From the NCBI GenBank assembly GCA_020161215.1, contig JAIUOM010000001.1, positions 23,170 to 87,169 of the forward strand: 64,000 bases of DNA, given 5' to 3'. This document shows, one piece after another, positions 10,638-20,818 of this stretch. Source of the DNA: Pseudomonadota bacterium (GTDB lineage: Bacteria > Pseudomonadota > Gammaproteobacteria > Burkholderiales > Burkholderiaceae_C). Under the pieces are notes generated by a model that was not told the origin of the DNA, did not search any database, and saw only the letters and a list, made by a program, of their open reading frames with translations. How positions within the stretch are numbered: position 1 is the stretch's first letter; every line of letters begins with the position of its first letter. A program made the translations under genes and the position numbers.

Positions 10638-10740
10638 CCACCCGGATGCCGGCGCTGTACCTTCCTGATCAGCTCTCTTTTTAAGAGCAAAATAAAATCG
10701 GTTGGACAGCGCCGTGCGGCAGCGGCAAAGGCCGCTTGCC

Positions 10741-10995
10741 TCAGCGCTTGCGCGAAGCGCCGGTCTTCGGCTTCTGCCCGATGGCCTCGCGCTGGCGGTC
10801 GATGCGATCTCGCCGGCGCTGATCCTCGCGCTCCATGACCTTGCGTTTGGTGTAGCCCGACCAATCCGCCCAGGCCCACCACACCATGGCCCCCGCGAAC
10901 GGTGACAGCACCCACCACCACGACCACGCCGCCACGGGGCCCAACTCTTGCCATTTCATGAGCAGGAGAATGATTCCAAGTCCCAACAGATACAT
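10741..10995 (-). CDS. Small Trp-rich membrane protein
   Basis: MYLLGLGIILLLMKWQELGPVAAWSWWWVLSPFAGAMVWWAWADW followed by a basic tail. The start at the internal Met is an assumption. Confidence 0.45.
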   Translation of the reverse strand: MYLLGLGIILLLMKWQELGPVAAWSWWWVLSPFAGAMVWWAWADWSGYTKRKVMEREDQRRRDRIDRQREAIGQKPKTGASRKR

Positions 10996-11099
10996 GTTTT
11001 TCTTGAACTGGTCGCAGATTTGTCGCCGGCTGATGTCAACTGAGCGCACTAGAATACGTTGAGTGAATGTAGCTTAACCACCCACGATTGAGGAAGACT

Positions 11100-11411
11100 A
11101 TGAAGCAAGTTCTGTTGGCTGTTGGCGCTTTGGCCGCCATCGCTGTATCCGCGCCCGCACTGGCCGATGAGGCACTGGCCAAGTCCAAGAACTGCATGGC
11201 CTGCCACACCGTCGACAAGAAACTGGTGGGCCCCGCCTACAAAGACGTCGCCAAGAAATTCGCCAGCGAAGCCGGTGCCGCCGACAAACTGGCCACCGCC
11301 ATCATGAAAGGCAGCCAGGGCGTTTGGGGTGCCGTGCCCATGCCCCCGAACGCCAACGTCAACGCCGACGAAGCCAAGAAGCTGGCCACCTGGGTTCTGT
11401 CGCTCAAGTGA
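11100..11411 (+). CDS. Class I c-type cytochrome (c551/c552-like)
   Basis: Signal peptide, heme motif CMACH, distal PMPPN. GAGGAAG RBS before the ATG at 11100. Confidence 0.8.
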   Translation: MKQVLLAVGALAAIAVSAPALADEALAKSKNCMACHTVDKKLVGPAYKDVAKKFASEAGAADKLATAIMKGSQGVWGAVPMPPNANVNADEAKKLATWVLSLK

Positions 11412-11455
11412 TGCGGTGACTCCACCCGCTCCTCTGCAAGGAGGGGGCCCACCCA

Positions 11456-11482
11456 AAAAGCCCGCACTTGCGGGCTTTTTTG
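11456..11482 (+). terminator. Rho-independent terminator after the cytochrome c gene
   Basis: aaagcccgc-actt-gcgggcttttttg. Confidence 0.6.
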
Positions 11483-11680
11483 TGCACCAGTATCGGACCG
11501 GAGGCCTGCCACAGATCGCCGACCTGGGCATTCGCCACCCCGGTGCTCACAGATCGGGCAGCCCGAGGCGATCGCCTCAATCGGCTCGCGACGATCGGTG
11601 ATGCGGGCATGCCCGCCTCGCCTCAAGCAGCCCATCAACAGCCCAGCCGCCCGCTTGGCCGGGTGCCAAGTGGATCAACC

Positions 11681-13663
11681 TCAGAAGGTCTGGTCCAACT
11701 GCGTCAGGATGGCCGGGTTTTCCAGCGTGCTGGTGTCCTGCGTGATCTGCTCGCCCTTGGCCAGGCTACGCAGCAGGCGGCGCATGATCTTGCCGGAGCG
11801 GGTCTTGGGCAGGTTCTCGCCAAAGCGGATGTCCTTGGGCTTGGCGATGGGGCCGATCTCCTTGGCCACCCAGTCGCGCAGTTCCTTGGCGATCTGCTTG
11901 GCCTCGTCGCCCTGCGGCAGCGAGCGCTTGAGCACCACAAAGGCCACGATGGCCTCGCCCGTCAGGTCGTCCGGGCGGCCCACCACGGCGGCCTCGGCCA
12001 CCAGGTCGGTCTTGGCCACCAGGGCGGACTCAATCTCCATCGTGCCCATGCGGTGGCCGGAGACGTTCAGCACGTCGTCGATGCGGCCGGTGATGCGGAA
12101 ATAGCCGCGCTCCGCATCGCGCACGGCGCCGTCGCCAGCCAGGTAGTAGCCCTTGAGCTCCTCGGGGAAGTAGCTCTTCTTGAAGCGGTCCGGATCGCCC
12201 CAGATGGTGCGGATCATGCTGGGCCAGGGCTTCTTGACGACCAGAATGCCGCCTGAGCCATTGGGCACGTCGTTGCCAGCCTCATCGACGATGGCGGCCA
12301 TGATGCCCGGCAGCGGCAGCGTGCAAGAGCCCGGCACCAGCGGCGTGGCGCCCGGCAGCGGCGTGATCATATGGCCGCCGGTCTCGGTCTGCCAGAAGGT
12401 GTCGACGATGGGGCAACGCTCGCCGCCGACGTTCTTGTAGTACCACATCCAGGCTTCGGGGTTGATCGGCTCGCCCACGCTGCCCATGATGCGCAGGCTG
12501 GTCAGGTCGGAGTTCTTGGGGTGCACCTTCTCGTTGGTCTCCGACGCCTTGATGAGCGAGCGGATGGCCGTGGGCGCGGTGTAGAAGATGGTGCACTTGT
12601 GGCGCTCGATCATCTGCCAGAAGCGGCCAGCGTCCGGGTAGGTCGGCACGCCTTCAAAGATGATCTGCGTGGCACCAGCGGCCAGCGGGCCATAGGCGAC
12701 GTAGGTGTGGCCGGTGATCCAGCCGATGTCGGCCGTGCACCAGAAGACGTCGCTGGGCTGCAGGTCAAACGTCCAGTCCATGGTCAGCTTGGCCCACAGC
12801 AGGTAGCCGCCGGTGGAATGCTGCACGCCCTTGGGCTTGCCGGTGGAGCCGGAGGTGTACAGCACGAACAGCGGGTGCTCGGCATCGACGATCTCGGGCA
12901 CGCACTCGGTGCTCTGGCCCTTGAGCGCCTCGGTGAAGGTCTTGTCGCGGCCGGCCACCATGGCGCAGGCCGTGGGCGTGCGCTCGTAAACGAACACGTT
13001 CTTGACCGACTCGCAGCCGCCCAGGCTGAGGGCTTCGTCGACGATGGCTTTCAGCGGCAGCTCCTTGCCGCCGCGCATCTGGTAGTTGGCGGTGATCACC
13101 GCCACGGCGCCGGCGTCGGCAATGCGCTCTTGCACCGCCTTGGACGAGAAGCCACCGAACACCACGTTGTGCGTGGCGCCGATGCGCGCGCAGGCCTGCA
13201 TGGCGATCACGCCTTCCACGGTCATGGGCATGTAGACCAGCACCCGGTCGCCCTTCTTGACGCCGTGGGCCTTGAGTGCGTTGGCGAACTGGCTGACGCG
13301 CGTCAGCAGTTCCTTGTAGGTGACCTTGGTGACTTCGCCGCCGTCGGCCTCGAAGATGATGGCGGTCTTGTTCTCGGTCGGCGTGCCGACGTGGCGGTCC
13401 AGGCAGTTGGCGCTGGCGTTCAGCTGACCATCGGCAAACCACTTGTAGAAGGGCTTGTTGGACTCGTCCAGCACCTGGGTGAAGGGCTTGGCCCACACCA
13501 GGTTCTCCTGGGCGCGCTTGCTCCAGAAGCCGGTGAAGTCTTTTTCCGCCTCGTCGCACAAAGCCTTGTAGGCGTCCATGCCGCCGATGCGCGCGGCCTT
13601 GACCATCGCCTCACTCGGGGGGAACACGCGGTTTTCGACCAGAACCGATTCAATGGCACTCAT
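11681..13663 (-). CDS. acs: Acetyl-CoA synthetase
   Basis: [17 protein letters not shown]...[12 protein letters not shown]...WWQTETGG...[14 protein letters not shown]. Start at the ATG at 13663 with an AAGGAG RBS. Confidence 0.9.
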   Translation of the reverse strand: MSAIESVLVENRVFPPSEAMVKAARIGGMDAYKALCDEAEKDFTGFWSKRAQENLVWAKPFTQVLDESNKPFYKWFADGQLNASANCLDRHVGTPTENKTAIIFEADGGEVTKVTYKELLTRVSQFANALKAHGVKKGDRVLVYMPMTVEGVIAMQACARIGATHNVVFGGFSSKAVQERIADAGAVAVITANYQMRGGKELPLKAIVDEALSLGGCESVKNVFVYERTPTACAMVAGRDKTFTEALKGQSTECVPEIVDAEHPLFVLYTSGSTGKPKGVQHSTGGYLLWAKLTMDWTFDLQPSDVFWCTADIGWITGHTYVAYGPLAAGATQIIFEGVPTYPDAGRFWQMIERHKCTIFYTAPTAIRSLIKASETNEKVHPKNSDLTSLRIMGSVGEPINPEAWMWYYKNVGGERCPIVDTFWQTETGGHMITPLPGATPLVPGSCTLPLPGIMAAIVDEAGNDVPNGSGGILVVKKPWPSMIRTIWGDPDRFKKSYFPEELKGYYLAGDGAVRDAERGYFRITGRIDDVLNVSGHRMGTMEIESALVAKTDLVAEAAVVGRPDDLTGEAIVAFVVLKRSLPQGDEAKQIAKELRDWVAKEIGPIAKPKDIRFGENLPKTRSGKIMRRLLRSLAKGEQITQDTSTLENPAILTQLDQTF

Positions 13664-13889
13664 GAGCCTTGTCTCCTTCATATTGATCCACAAGCCGACC
13701 GATGCCCAGCGCACCGTGGCAACACCCGGGCATCATTCCGGCCCGCTCTTACAAAGCACTGACTCGTTGCGCAGTCCGTCGCCCTTGCAACCCGCACTCT
13801 AGCCCCATTGGCGCCCCCTGGAGCAGGTGCCGCCGGCTGTCTAGAATGCGAGGTTTCCCTCGGTTTCACCCCCTCGATCACATTCCGTC

Positions 13890-14495
13890 ATGTCGGACCC
13901 CACCCAAGCCCCCATCAACCGCCCGCTGCGACCGCTGCCGGCCATCATCTTCGCCAGCCGCTGGCTCCAGTTGCCGCTGTACCTAGGCTTGATCCTGGCG
14001 CAGGGCGTCTATGTCATGCACTTCATGGTGGAGCTGTTCCACCTGATCGAGGCCGCCTTTGGCAACAAGGCGGCGCTGCAGGCACTGGTGACCAGCATCG
14101 GCTACAAGGGCGATGTAATGCCTGAAGCGTTGAACGAGACGCTGATCATGCTCGTCGTGCTGGCGCTGATCGACGTGGTGATGATCTCCAACCTGCTGAT
14201 CATGGTCATCGTCGGTGGCTACGAGACCTTCGTCAGCCGCCTGCGGCTCGAAGGCCACCCCGATCAGCCCGAATGGCTGGACCACGTCAACGCCTCGGTG
14301 CTGAAAGTGAAGCTGGCGCTGTCGATCATCGGCATCAGCTCCATCCACCTGCTCAAGACTTTCATCAACGCCGGCAACTACTCCGACAAGGTGTTGATTG
14401 CGCAGACGCTGATCCACATCACCTTCCTGCTGTCGGCCGTGGCGATCGCTTACACCGACAAGCTGGTGTCTTCCACCAGCAGCAACCACCACTGA
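13890..14495 (+). CDS. yqhA: UPF0114 family inner-membrane protein
   Basis: [16 protein letters not shown]...GGYETFVS...SSIHLLKTF matches remembered E. coli YqhA along its length. Confidence 0.75.
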   Translation: MSDPTQAPINRPLRPLPAIIFASRWLQLPLYLGLILAQGVYVMHFMVELFHLIEAAFGNKAALQALVTSIGYKGDVMPEALNETLIMLVVLALIDVVMISNLLIMVIVGGYETFVSRLRLEGHPDQPEWLDHVNASVLKVKLALSIIGISSIHLLKTFINAGNYSDKVLIAQTLIHITFLLSAVAIAYTDKLVSSTSSNHH

Positions 14496-14593
14496 AGCGG
14501 CGTCGAGGCCAAATTTTCACCAACCAAATCGGCCGTCTTCGCTTGCAAAATCAGCGCTAATAGCTACTATTTTAATAGCAATCAGAGGCGTCA

Positions 14594-15982
14594 TCAAACC
14601 ATGTCCTGTGGCCGCACCCAGGCGTCGAACTGCTCGGCCGTGAGATGACCTGAGGCGATGGCCGCCTCGCGCAGGCTGCTGCCCTCCTTGTGCGCTTTCT
14701 TGGCGATGGCGGCGGCCTTGTCGTAGCCGATGTGGGTGTTGAGCGCCGTCACCAGCATCAGCGAGCGCTGCACCAGCTCGGCAATGCGCTCGCGGTTGGG
14801 CTCGATGCCCACGGCGCAGTGGTCGTTGAAGCTGCGCATGCCATCGGCCAGCAGGCGCACGCTCTGCAAGAAATTGTGCGCAATCATGGGGCGGAACACG
14901 TTCAGCTCAAAGTTGCCGCTGGCGCCGCCAAAGTTGATCGCCACATCGTTGCCGAACACCTGCGCCGCCAGCATGGTCACCGCCTCGCTCTGCGTGGGGT
15001 TGACCTTGCCCGGCATGATGCTGGAGCCGGGCTCGTTCTCAGGGATGCTGATCTCACCGATGCCGCTGCGCGGCCCGCTGGCCAGCCAGCGCACGTCGTT
15101 GGCGATCTTCATCAGGCTGGCGGCCACGGTCTTGAGCGCGCCGTGCGCAAACACAAAGGCGTCGGCCGCGGCCATCACCTCGAACTTGTTGGGCGCCGTG
15201 ACAAACGGCAGACTGGTAAGGCGCGCCAGCTCCTTGGCCACGCCTTCCGCGTAGCCCTTGGGCGCGTTCAGGCCGGTGCCCACAGCCGTGCCACCCAGCG
15301 CCAACTCGCACAGATGCGGCAGGCTGGCGCGCACATGCGCCTCGCCCTGGGCCAGTTGCGCCGCCCAGCCCGACACCTCCTGCCCCAGCGTGAGCGGCGT
15401 GGCGTCCTGCAGGTGGGTGCGGCCGATCTTGACGATGTCGGCAAAGTCGCGCGCCTTGTGCTCCAGGGTGCCGCGCAGCAAGGCCATGGCGGGCAGCAAG
15501 TGGTGCGTCAGCGCCTGCACCGCTGCCACATGCATGGCGGTGGGGAACACGTCGTTGCTGGACTGGCTTTTGTTGACGTCGTCGTTGGGGTGGACCAGGC
15601 GCTCTTCGCCGCGCACGCCGCCCATCAACTCGCTAGCGCGGTTGGCCAGCACCTCGTTGACGTTCATGTTGGTCTGCGTGCCGGAGCCGGTCTGCCACAC
15701 CACGAGCGGGAATTCATCCGGATGCTGACCGTCGATCACCTCTTGCGCGGCGGCGACGATGGCGTCGGTCTTGGCCCCGTCCTGCAGGCCGAGCGCCTGG
15801 TTCACGGTCGCCGAGGCACGCTTGACCAGCGCCAGCGCGGTGATGATCTCGCGCGGCTGGCGCTCGCCCGAGATGTCGAAGTTCTGCAGCGAGCGCTGCG
15901 TCTGCGCCCCCCACAAATGGTCGGCCGGCACCTCGATGGGGCCGAAGGTGTCGCGCTCGGTACGGGTGCTTGTCATGTTCAT
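14594..15982 (-). CDS. fumC: Class II fumarate hydratase
   Basis: [32 protein letters not shown]...[16 protein letters not shown] signature. Start trimmed to 15982. Confidence 0.9.
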   Translation of the reverse strand: MNMTSTRTERDTFGPIEVPADHLWGAQTQRSLQNFDISGERQPREIITALALVKRASATVNQALGLQDGAKTDAIVAAAQEVIDGQHPDEFPLVVWQTGSGTQTNMNVNEVLANRASELMGGVRGEERLVHPNDDVNKSQSSNDVFPTAMHVAAVQALTHHLLPAMALLRGTLEHKARDFADIVKIGRTHLQDATPLTLGQEVSGWAAQLAQGEAHVRASLPHLCELALGGTAVGTGLNAPKGYAEGVAKELARLTSLPFVTAPNKFEVMAAADAFVFAHGALKTVAASLMKIANDVRWLASGPRSGIGEISIPENEPGSSIMPGKVNPTQSEAVTMLAAQVFGNDVAINFGGASGNFELNVFRPMIAHNFLQSVRLLADGMRSFNDHCAVGIEPNRERIAELVQRSLMLVTALNTHIGYDKAAAIAKKAHKEGSSLREAAIASGHLTAEQFDAWVRPQDMV

Positions 15983-16095
15983 GCCAGTTCCGCTGTCAAA
16001 ATGCTGGGCGTGCGCCGCACGGGATGCGTCCCAGCATAGCTCCGAACGCAACGGCGTCGCGTTTGTAACCCCTATTCCCCCATGGAAGCCACGAC

Positions 16096-17646
16096 ATGAC
16101 CACGATCCGCCAAGACGACCTCGTCGAGTCCATTGCTGCCGCCCTGCAGTACATCAGCTACTACCACCCGGCCGATTACATCCAGCACCTGGCGCGCGCC
16201 TACGAGCGCGAGCAGTCGCCCGCGGCCAAGGACGCGATGGCGCAGATCCTCACCAACAGCAAGATGAGCGCCACCGGTCACCGGCCCATCTGCCAGGATA
16301 CGGGCATCGTCAACGTGTTCCTCAAGGTCGGCATGGACGTGCGCTTTGAAGGCTTTACCGGCAGCCTGGACGACGCCATCAACGAGGGCGTGCGCCGCGG
16401 CTACAACCACCCGGACAACACCTTGCGCGCCAGCGTGGTGGGCGATCCGCTGTTCGCCCGCAAGAACACCAAGGACAACACCCCCGCGGTCATCGTGACC
16501 GAGATCGTGCCGGGCAACACGGTCGACGTGACGGTGGCGGCCAAGGGCGGCGGCAGCGAGAACAAGAGCAAGATGGTCATGCTCAACCCCAGCGACAGCC
16601 TGGTCGACTGGGTGCTGAAAACCGTGCCTACCATGGGCGCCGGCTGGTGTCCGCCGGGCATGCTGGGCATCGGCATCGGCGGCACCGCTGAAAAAGCCGT
16701 GCTGCTGGCCAAGCAAAGCCTGATGGACGACCTGGACATGTACGAGCTGCAGGCCAAGTCTGCCAAGGGCGACAAGCTCAGCCAGGTCGAGGAGCTGCGC
16801 CTGGAGCTGTTCGACAAGGTCAACGCCCTGGGCATTGGCGCGCAGGGCCTGGGTGGCCTGACCACCGTGCTGGACGTGAAGATCGCCATGTACCCCACGC
16901 ACGCCGCCAGCAAGCCCGTGGCCATGATCCCCAACTGCGCCGCCACGCGGCATGCGCACTTCGTGATGGACGGCAGCGGCCCGGTCTACCTCGACCCGCC
17001 CAGCCTGGACCTTTGGCCCAAGGTCGACTGGGCACCCGACACCGAAAAAAGCCAGCGCGTCCAACTCAACACCCTGACCAAGGAGCAGGTCGCCAGTTGG
17101 AAGCCCGGCCAGACCCTGCTGCTCAACGGCAAGATGCTCACCGGCCGCGACGCCGCGCACAAGCGCATCCAGGACATGCTGGCCAAGGGCGAAAAATTGC
17201 CCGTCGACTTCACCAACCGCGTCATCTACTACGTCGGCCCGGTCGACCCGGTGCGCGACGAAGCCGTGGGCCCGGCCGGGCCCACCACGTCGACCCGCAT
17301 GGACAAGTTCACCGACATGATGCTCAGCCAAACCGGCCTGATCGCCATGATCGGCAAGGCCGAGCGCGGCCCCACCGCCATCGAGGCCATCAAGAACCAC
17401 AAGTCGGCCTACCTGATGGCCGTGGGCGGCGCCGCCTACCTGGTCAGCAAGGCCATCAAGAAGGCCAAGGTGGTCGGCTTTGAAGACTTGGGGATGGAAG
17501 CCATCTACGAGTTCGACGTGGTCGACATGCCGGTCACCGTGGCGGTCGATGCCGGCGGCACCAGCGCCCACATCACCGGCCCGGCCGAGTGGGAAAAGCG
17601 CATCGCGTCCGGCGAATTCAAGGGCATCGCCGTCTCGGCGGCCTGA
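16096..17646 (+). CDS. Class I (Fe-S) fumarate hydratase, fused alpha/beta type
   Basis: 516 aa with [15 protein letters not shown] and a C-terminal beta-domain; divergent from fumC. Confidence 0.8.
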   Translation: MTTIRQDDLVESIAAALQYISYYHPADYIQHLARAYEREQSPAAKDAMAQILTNSKMSATGHRPICQDTGIVNVFLKVGMDVRFEGFTGSLDDAINEGVRRGYNHPDNTLRASVVGDPLFARKNTKDNTPAVIVTEIVPGNTVDVTVAAKGGGSENKSKMVMLNPSDSLVDWVLKTVPTMGAGWCPPGMLGIGIGGTAEKAVLLAKQSLMDDLDMYELQAKSAKGDKLSQVEELRLELFDKVNALGIGAQGLGGLTTVLDVKIAMYPTHAASKPVAMIPNCAATRHAHFVMDGSGPVYLDPPSLDLWPKVDWAPDTEKSQRVQLNTLTKEQVASWKPGQTLLLNGKMLTGRDAAHKRIQDMLAKGEKLPVDFTNRVIYYVGPVDPVRDEAVGPAGPTTSTRMDKFTDMMLSQTGLIAMIGKAERGPTAIEAIKNHKSAYLMAVGGAAYLVSKAIKKAKVVGFEDLGMEAIYEFDVVDMPVTVAVDAGGTSAHITGPAEWEKRIASGEFKGIAVSAA

Positions 17647-18533
17647 TGCCTGGCCGGCCGGATTTCGACCCAGGGGCCGCCATCGGCGTCTTTGACAGCG
17701 GCATCGGCGGGCTGTCGGTGCTGGGGGCCTTGCGCGAGGCCCTGCCGAACGAACATTTTGTCTACGTCGCCGACAGCGCCTGGACGCCTTACGGCGAACG
17801 CCGCGACGAGATCGTGCTGGAGCGCACCGAGGCGATCACGCGCCATCTGCGCGAGGCGCACGCGGTCAAGGCGCTGGTCATCGCCTGCAACACCGCCAGC
17901 GCGGTGGCCGTGGAGCGCCTGCGCGAGGACCATCCGGACTGGCCCATCGTGGCCATCGAACCCGCGCTGAAACCGGCCGCCCGCCACACGCTGAGCGGCC
18001 ACGTGACCGTGCTGGCCACGCGCGGCACCCTGGCCAGCGGCAAGTACGCGGCCTTGCGGCTGAGGGTCAGCGCCACCGCGCCCCAACTGCGCTTCACCGA
18101 AATCGCCTGCGACGGCCTGGCCGCGGCCATTGAACAGTGGGCGCTGGATGGCGATGGCACGGCCTGCGACGAGCTGGTGGACCGCTACCTGGCCCCGGTG
18201 TTCCACCCGGCCATGGGTTTCCCGGCCGTCGACACCGTGGTGCTGGGCTGCACGCATTACCCCTTGATCGGCGAACAGATCCGGCTGCGCGTACCGACCA
18301 CGGTGGCGCTTCTCGATGCCGGTGCACCGGTCGCTCGGCAGACCTGGCGACTGCTGAACCAGGCCAGTTTGTTGCGCCCGCCCTCGCACGACGGTCCCGC
18401 GCTGGACCGCCCCGGTCAGGTGCGCCTGCTGGCCACCGGTGACACGGCCAGACTGCAGGCCGCCGCGCGGCGCTGGCTGGACCTGCCACCCGGCGACGAA
18501 CGGGTCGAGCGCGTCGAACTGGCTTCGGCTTAA
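17646..18533 (+). CDS. murI: Glutamate racemase
   Basis: IGVFDSGIGGLSVL...VIACNTAS...VLGCTHYPL. The ATG at 17646 overlaps the fumarase stop (TGATG). Confidence 0.85.
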   Translation: MPGRPDFDPGAAIGVFDSGIGGLSVLGALREALPNEHFVYVADSAWTPYGERRDEIVLERTEAITRHLREAHAVKALVIACNTASAVAVERLREDHPDWPIVAIEPALKPAARHTLSGHVTVLATRGTLASGKYAALRLRVSATAPQLRFTEIACDGLAAAIEQWALDGDGTACDELVDRYLAPVFHPAMGFPAVDTVVLGCTHYPLIGEQIRLRVPTTVALLDAGAPVARQTWRLLNQASLLRPPSHDGPALDRPGQVRLLATGDTARLQAAARRWLDLPPGDERVERVELASA

Positions 18534-19840
18534 ACCGTGGCGGCCATCGCCGCCGCGCGTCCGCGCGCCACGCGGATCGGTGCCAGGGCCAACAGGCCCA
18601 GCACGAACAGCACCGTGGTGCTGGCAATGGCCACGCGCTGATTGCCGCCGGTGGCCCAGGTGATCAGACCGTAGGCCAAGGGCCCGACGATGCTGGCCAG
18701 GCGCGTGCCAAAGGTCCACAACCCAAAAAACTCGGCCAACCGGGCCTCGGGCGCGAACAGCCCCACCATGGCCCTCCCCGCCGATTGGCTGGAGCCCATG
18801 CACAGCCCGGCCACGCCGGCGGCCCACCAGAACTGGCCCTTGCTGGTCGCCAGCGCGGCCAGCACGCAGGTCAGCACCCAGCCCAGCAGCGTCAACGCCA
18901 GCACGCGCTTGTGGCCAAAGGCGTCCTGGAGGTACCCGCAGCCAAAAGCCCCCACCGCCGCCGCGATGTTCAGCACGAAGATCAACAGCATGGTTTCCTG
19001 CGGCTGAAATCCGATCACCTGCTCGGCGTAGATGGCCGCCAAGGTAATGGCCACCGCCACGCCACCCTGGTAGGCCACGGTGCACAGCAGCAGCCACATG
19101 AAGTCGCGGTAGCGGCTCGCCTCACGGAAGGTGGCGCGCAGCCGGCGCAATGCCGCCCGCGGGCCGCTGCCTGCCTCGGAGGTACCGGCCGAGGAGGGTT
19201 GCGCGTGTTCGCGCAGCAGGGCAAAGGTGACCAGCGCCGCCAAGCCGTACATGGCGGCCGTGATCCACATCGTGACCGGCACGAACTGGCTGGCCGGAAT
19301 CCCTTGGGCCTGGGCGCTCAACACGTAGGCCAGGCACAGCCCCAAGGTCAGCATGCCGCCCAGATAGCCCAGGCCCCAGCCCCAGCCACTGACCTTGCCC
19401 ATCGCATCGGGCTTGGCGAGTTCGGGCAGGAAAGCCGCGGTCAGCGATTCGCCATAGGCGTAGAAGGTGTTGGACACGACGATCAAGGCCATGGCCAACA
19501 GCACCGCGCCAGGTCGCGCCCAGGCCAACGCCAGCGTGGTCAGCACGCAGGCGGCGGTGGTCAGCATCAGCAGCCGTTTCTTGGCGGCCCGCAAATCGGC
19601 CCAGGCCCCCAGACTGGGCATGGTCAGCATGACGATGACGTGCGAGACGCTCAGCGCCGCCGTCCAGGCCAGTGGCGCCCAGGCCGCCCCACCCGCCACG
19701 CCGCCGACGAAATAGGCCGCGAACACGGCCGTCAGCACCACCGTGGTGTAGCCGGAATTGGCGAAGTCGTACATCGCCCAGCCGAACAACTCGCGTCGCC
19801 GGACACCGGGGTTCAGCACATCCGAAGAAAACACCGCCAT
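18530..19840 (-). CDS. MFS transporter, UMF1/Atg22-like family
   Basis: ELFGWAMYDFANSGYTTVVLTAVF and about 12 predicted TM segments. Confidence 0.7.
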   Translation of the reverse strand: MAVFSSDVLNPGVRRRELFGWAMYDFANSGYTTVVLTAVFAAYFVGGVAGGAAWAPLAWTAALSVSHVIVMLTMPSLGAWADLRAAKKRLLMLTTAACVLTTLALAWARPGAVLLAMALIVVSNTFYAYGESLTAAFLPELAKPDAMGKVSGWGWGLGYLGGMLTLGLCLAYVLSAQAQGIPASQFVPVTMWITAAMYGLAALVTFALLREHAQPSSAGTSEAGSGPRAALRRLRATFREASRYRDFMWLLLCTVAYQGGVAVAITLAAIYAEQVIGFQPQETMLLIFVLNIAAAVGAFGCGYLQDAFGHKRVLALTLLGWVLTCVLAALATSKGQFWWAAGVAGLCMGSSQSAGRAMVGLFAPEARLAEFFGLWTFGTRLASIVGPLAYGLITWATGGNQRVAIASTTVLFVLGLLALAPIRVARGRAAAMAATV

Positions 19841-19933
19841 GCGAGGCGCCTCCTGGCCGATTCAGGCGGCCAAACGGCCACCAGCATAGCAAGCGCCGAC
19901 GGGATCAGCCTGGGCCGCAGCGAGCGGTGGCGA

Positions 19934-20557
19934 TCAGTGCAGGTGGCGCGGCCGGCGGCCCCCGCCGTGGCCCGGCGTGCCGCCACCGGGACTGCGCGGC
20001 TTGCCCAGCTCCAGCGAGCTGGTGAGCGCATTGAAGCGGTTGTCGAACAGCTTGTCGATCTCGGCGACCACGCCACCCAGTTCGGCACCGTCGAAATGCC
20101 GCTCCATCAGGCTGACCACGTCCTCGACCAGCAGATCGCGCTGCGCCTGCATGATGGCCTCGGGCGTAGGGCCCACGAACAGCAGGACAAAGTCGTCGCG
20201 CGCATCGCGACCGTCTTCTTCGTCGTCCTCGTCGTAGTCGACGTCGTAGAAGGTGACCTCGATCTGCGAGCCCTCGGCGGAAAGCTCGTTCAGGTTCATG
20301 CACAGATCGTCGAGTTGATGACGGAAGTCGTCCTCGCCGCGCAAGGTCCAGCACATCTGCAGCAGGTGCTGGTGCGGGTCGAAGCGGATACCGGGCTCGT
20401 CCTCGTACAGGCTGGCCGCACCATCGGCCAGCGAGCGTCCACCGGCGTACTTCCACAGGGGTTTGAGGGCTTCCTGCAAGGCATCGAAGCGCACGTCGCC
20501 GCGCAGCTTGACATCGCCATGCACGTGAATCTCGAAAGGTGCGTCGTCGTGATTCAT
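19934..20557 (-). CDS. Hypothetical acidic protein
   Basis: 207-aa ORF with an Asp/Glu-rich centre (YDVDYDEDDEEDGRD). It starts 23 nt downstream of the tRNA-Leu 3' end on the same strand. Confidence 0.5.
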   Translation of the reverse strand: MNHDDAPFEIHVHGDVKLRGDVRFDALQEALKPLWKYAGGRSLADGAASLYEDEPGIRFDPHQHLLQMCWTLRGEDDFRHQLDDLCMNLNELSAEGSQIEVTFYDVDYDEDDEEDGRDARDDFVLLFVGPTPEAIMQAQRDLLVEDVVSLMERHFDGAELGGVVAEIDKLFDNRFNALTSSLELGKPRSPGGGTPGHGGGRRPRHLH

Positions 20558-20580
20558 GGCGTCTTCAACATCCTCAAAGC

Positions 20581-20644
20581 TGGTACCCCGGGCCGGGATC
20601 GAACCGGCACGCCGCCTTTCGGCAAGCGGCGGATTTTAAGTCCG
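20581..20644 (-). pseudogene. 3' part of the split host tRNA-Leu(UAA) gene (anticodon loop to CCA)
   Basis: The reverse complement reads CGGACTTAAAATCCGCCGCTTGCCGAAAGGCGGCGTGCCGGTTCGATCCCGGCCCGGGGTACCA: anticodon-stem 3' strand, long variable arm, T arm GCCGG-TTCGATC-CCGGC, acceptor 3' strand, CCA. The matching 5' half lies at 59359-59397. Confidence 0.8.
20634..20644. repeat. attL core, 11-bp direct repeat TTTTAAGTCCG
   Basis: Identical 11-mer at 59359-59369; it corresponds to the anticodon loop plus part of the stem of tRNA-Leu(UAA). Confidence 0.8.
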
Positions 20645-20661
20645 ATACCGGGGCTCACTAC

Positions 20662-20750
20662 TGGTGCCACCGAGCGGACTCGAACCGCTAAGTCATTGAT
20701 TTGACGAGGGATTTTAAGTCCCCTGTGTTTACCGATTTCACCACGGTGGC
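20662..20750 (-). tRNA. Phage-borne tRNA-Leu (anticodon UAA), 89 nt including CCA
   Basis: The reverse complement GCCACCG-TG-GTGAAATCGGTAAACAC-A-GGGGA-CTTAAAA-TCCCT-C-GTCAAATCAATGAC-TT-AGCGG-TTCGAGT-CCGCT-CGGTGGC-A-CCA folds as a class II cloverleaf. The AT-rich variable arm is unlike the host copy. Confidence 0.8.
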
Positions 20751-20765
20751 GGCAAAGACAGCCAT

Positions 20766-20800
20766 TGTGACACGTCCCTGCCACAGGACTTGCCACAAGG
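20766..20800. promoter_or_regulatory. TGTGACAC-N4-CTGCCACA motif (copy A) plus an extra TGCCACAAG
   Basis: tgtgacacgtccctgccacaggacttgccacaagg. Related copies at 54240-54263 and 59175-59195. Confidence 0.4.
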
Positions 20801-20818
20801 TTGCCGCTCACCAGCCTG

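Noticed and set aside
14540-14585. AT-rich word GCTAATAGCTACTATTTTAATAGCA between yqhA and fumC, with a related GCTCATTATTTTATAGCA at ~61672-61690 and ATAGCTAT words at 54361-54410; possibly a dispersed REP-like element.
   Set aside because: The similarity is short and degenerate, and I cannot test genome-wide recurrence from one window. Noted only as a possible host repeat.
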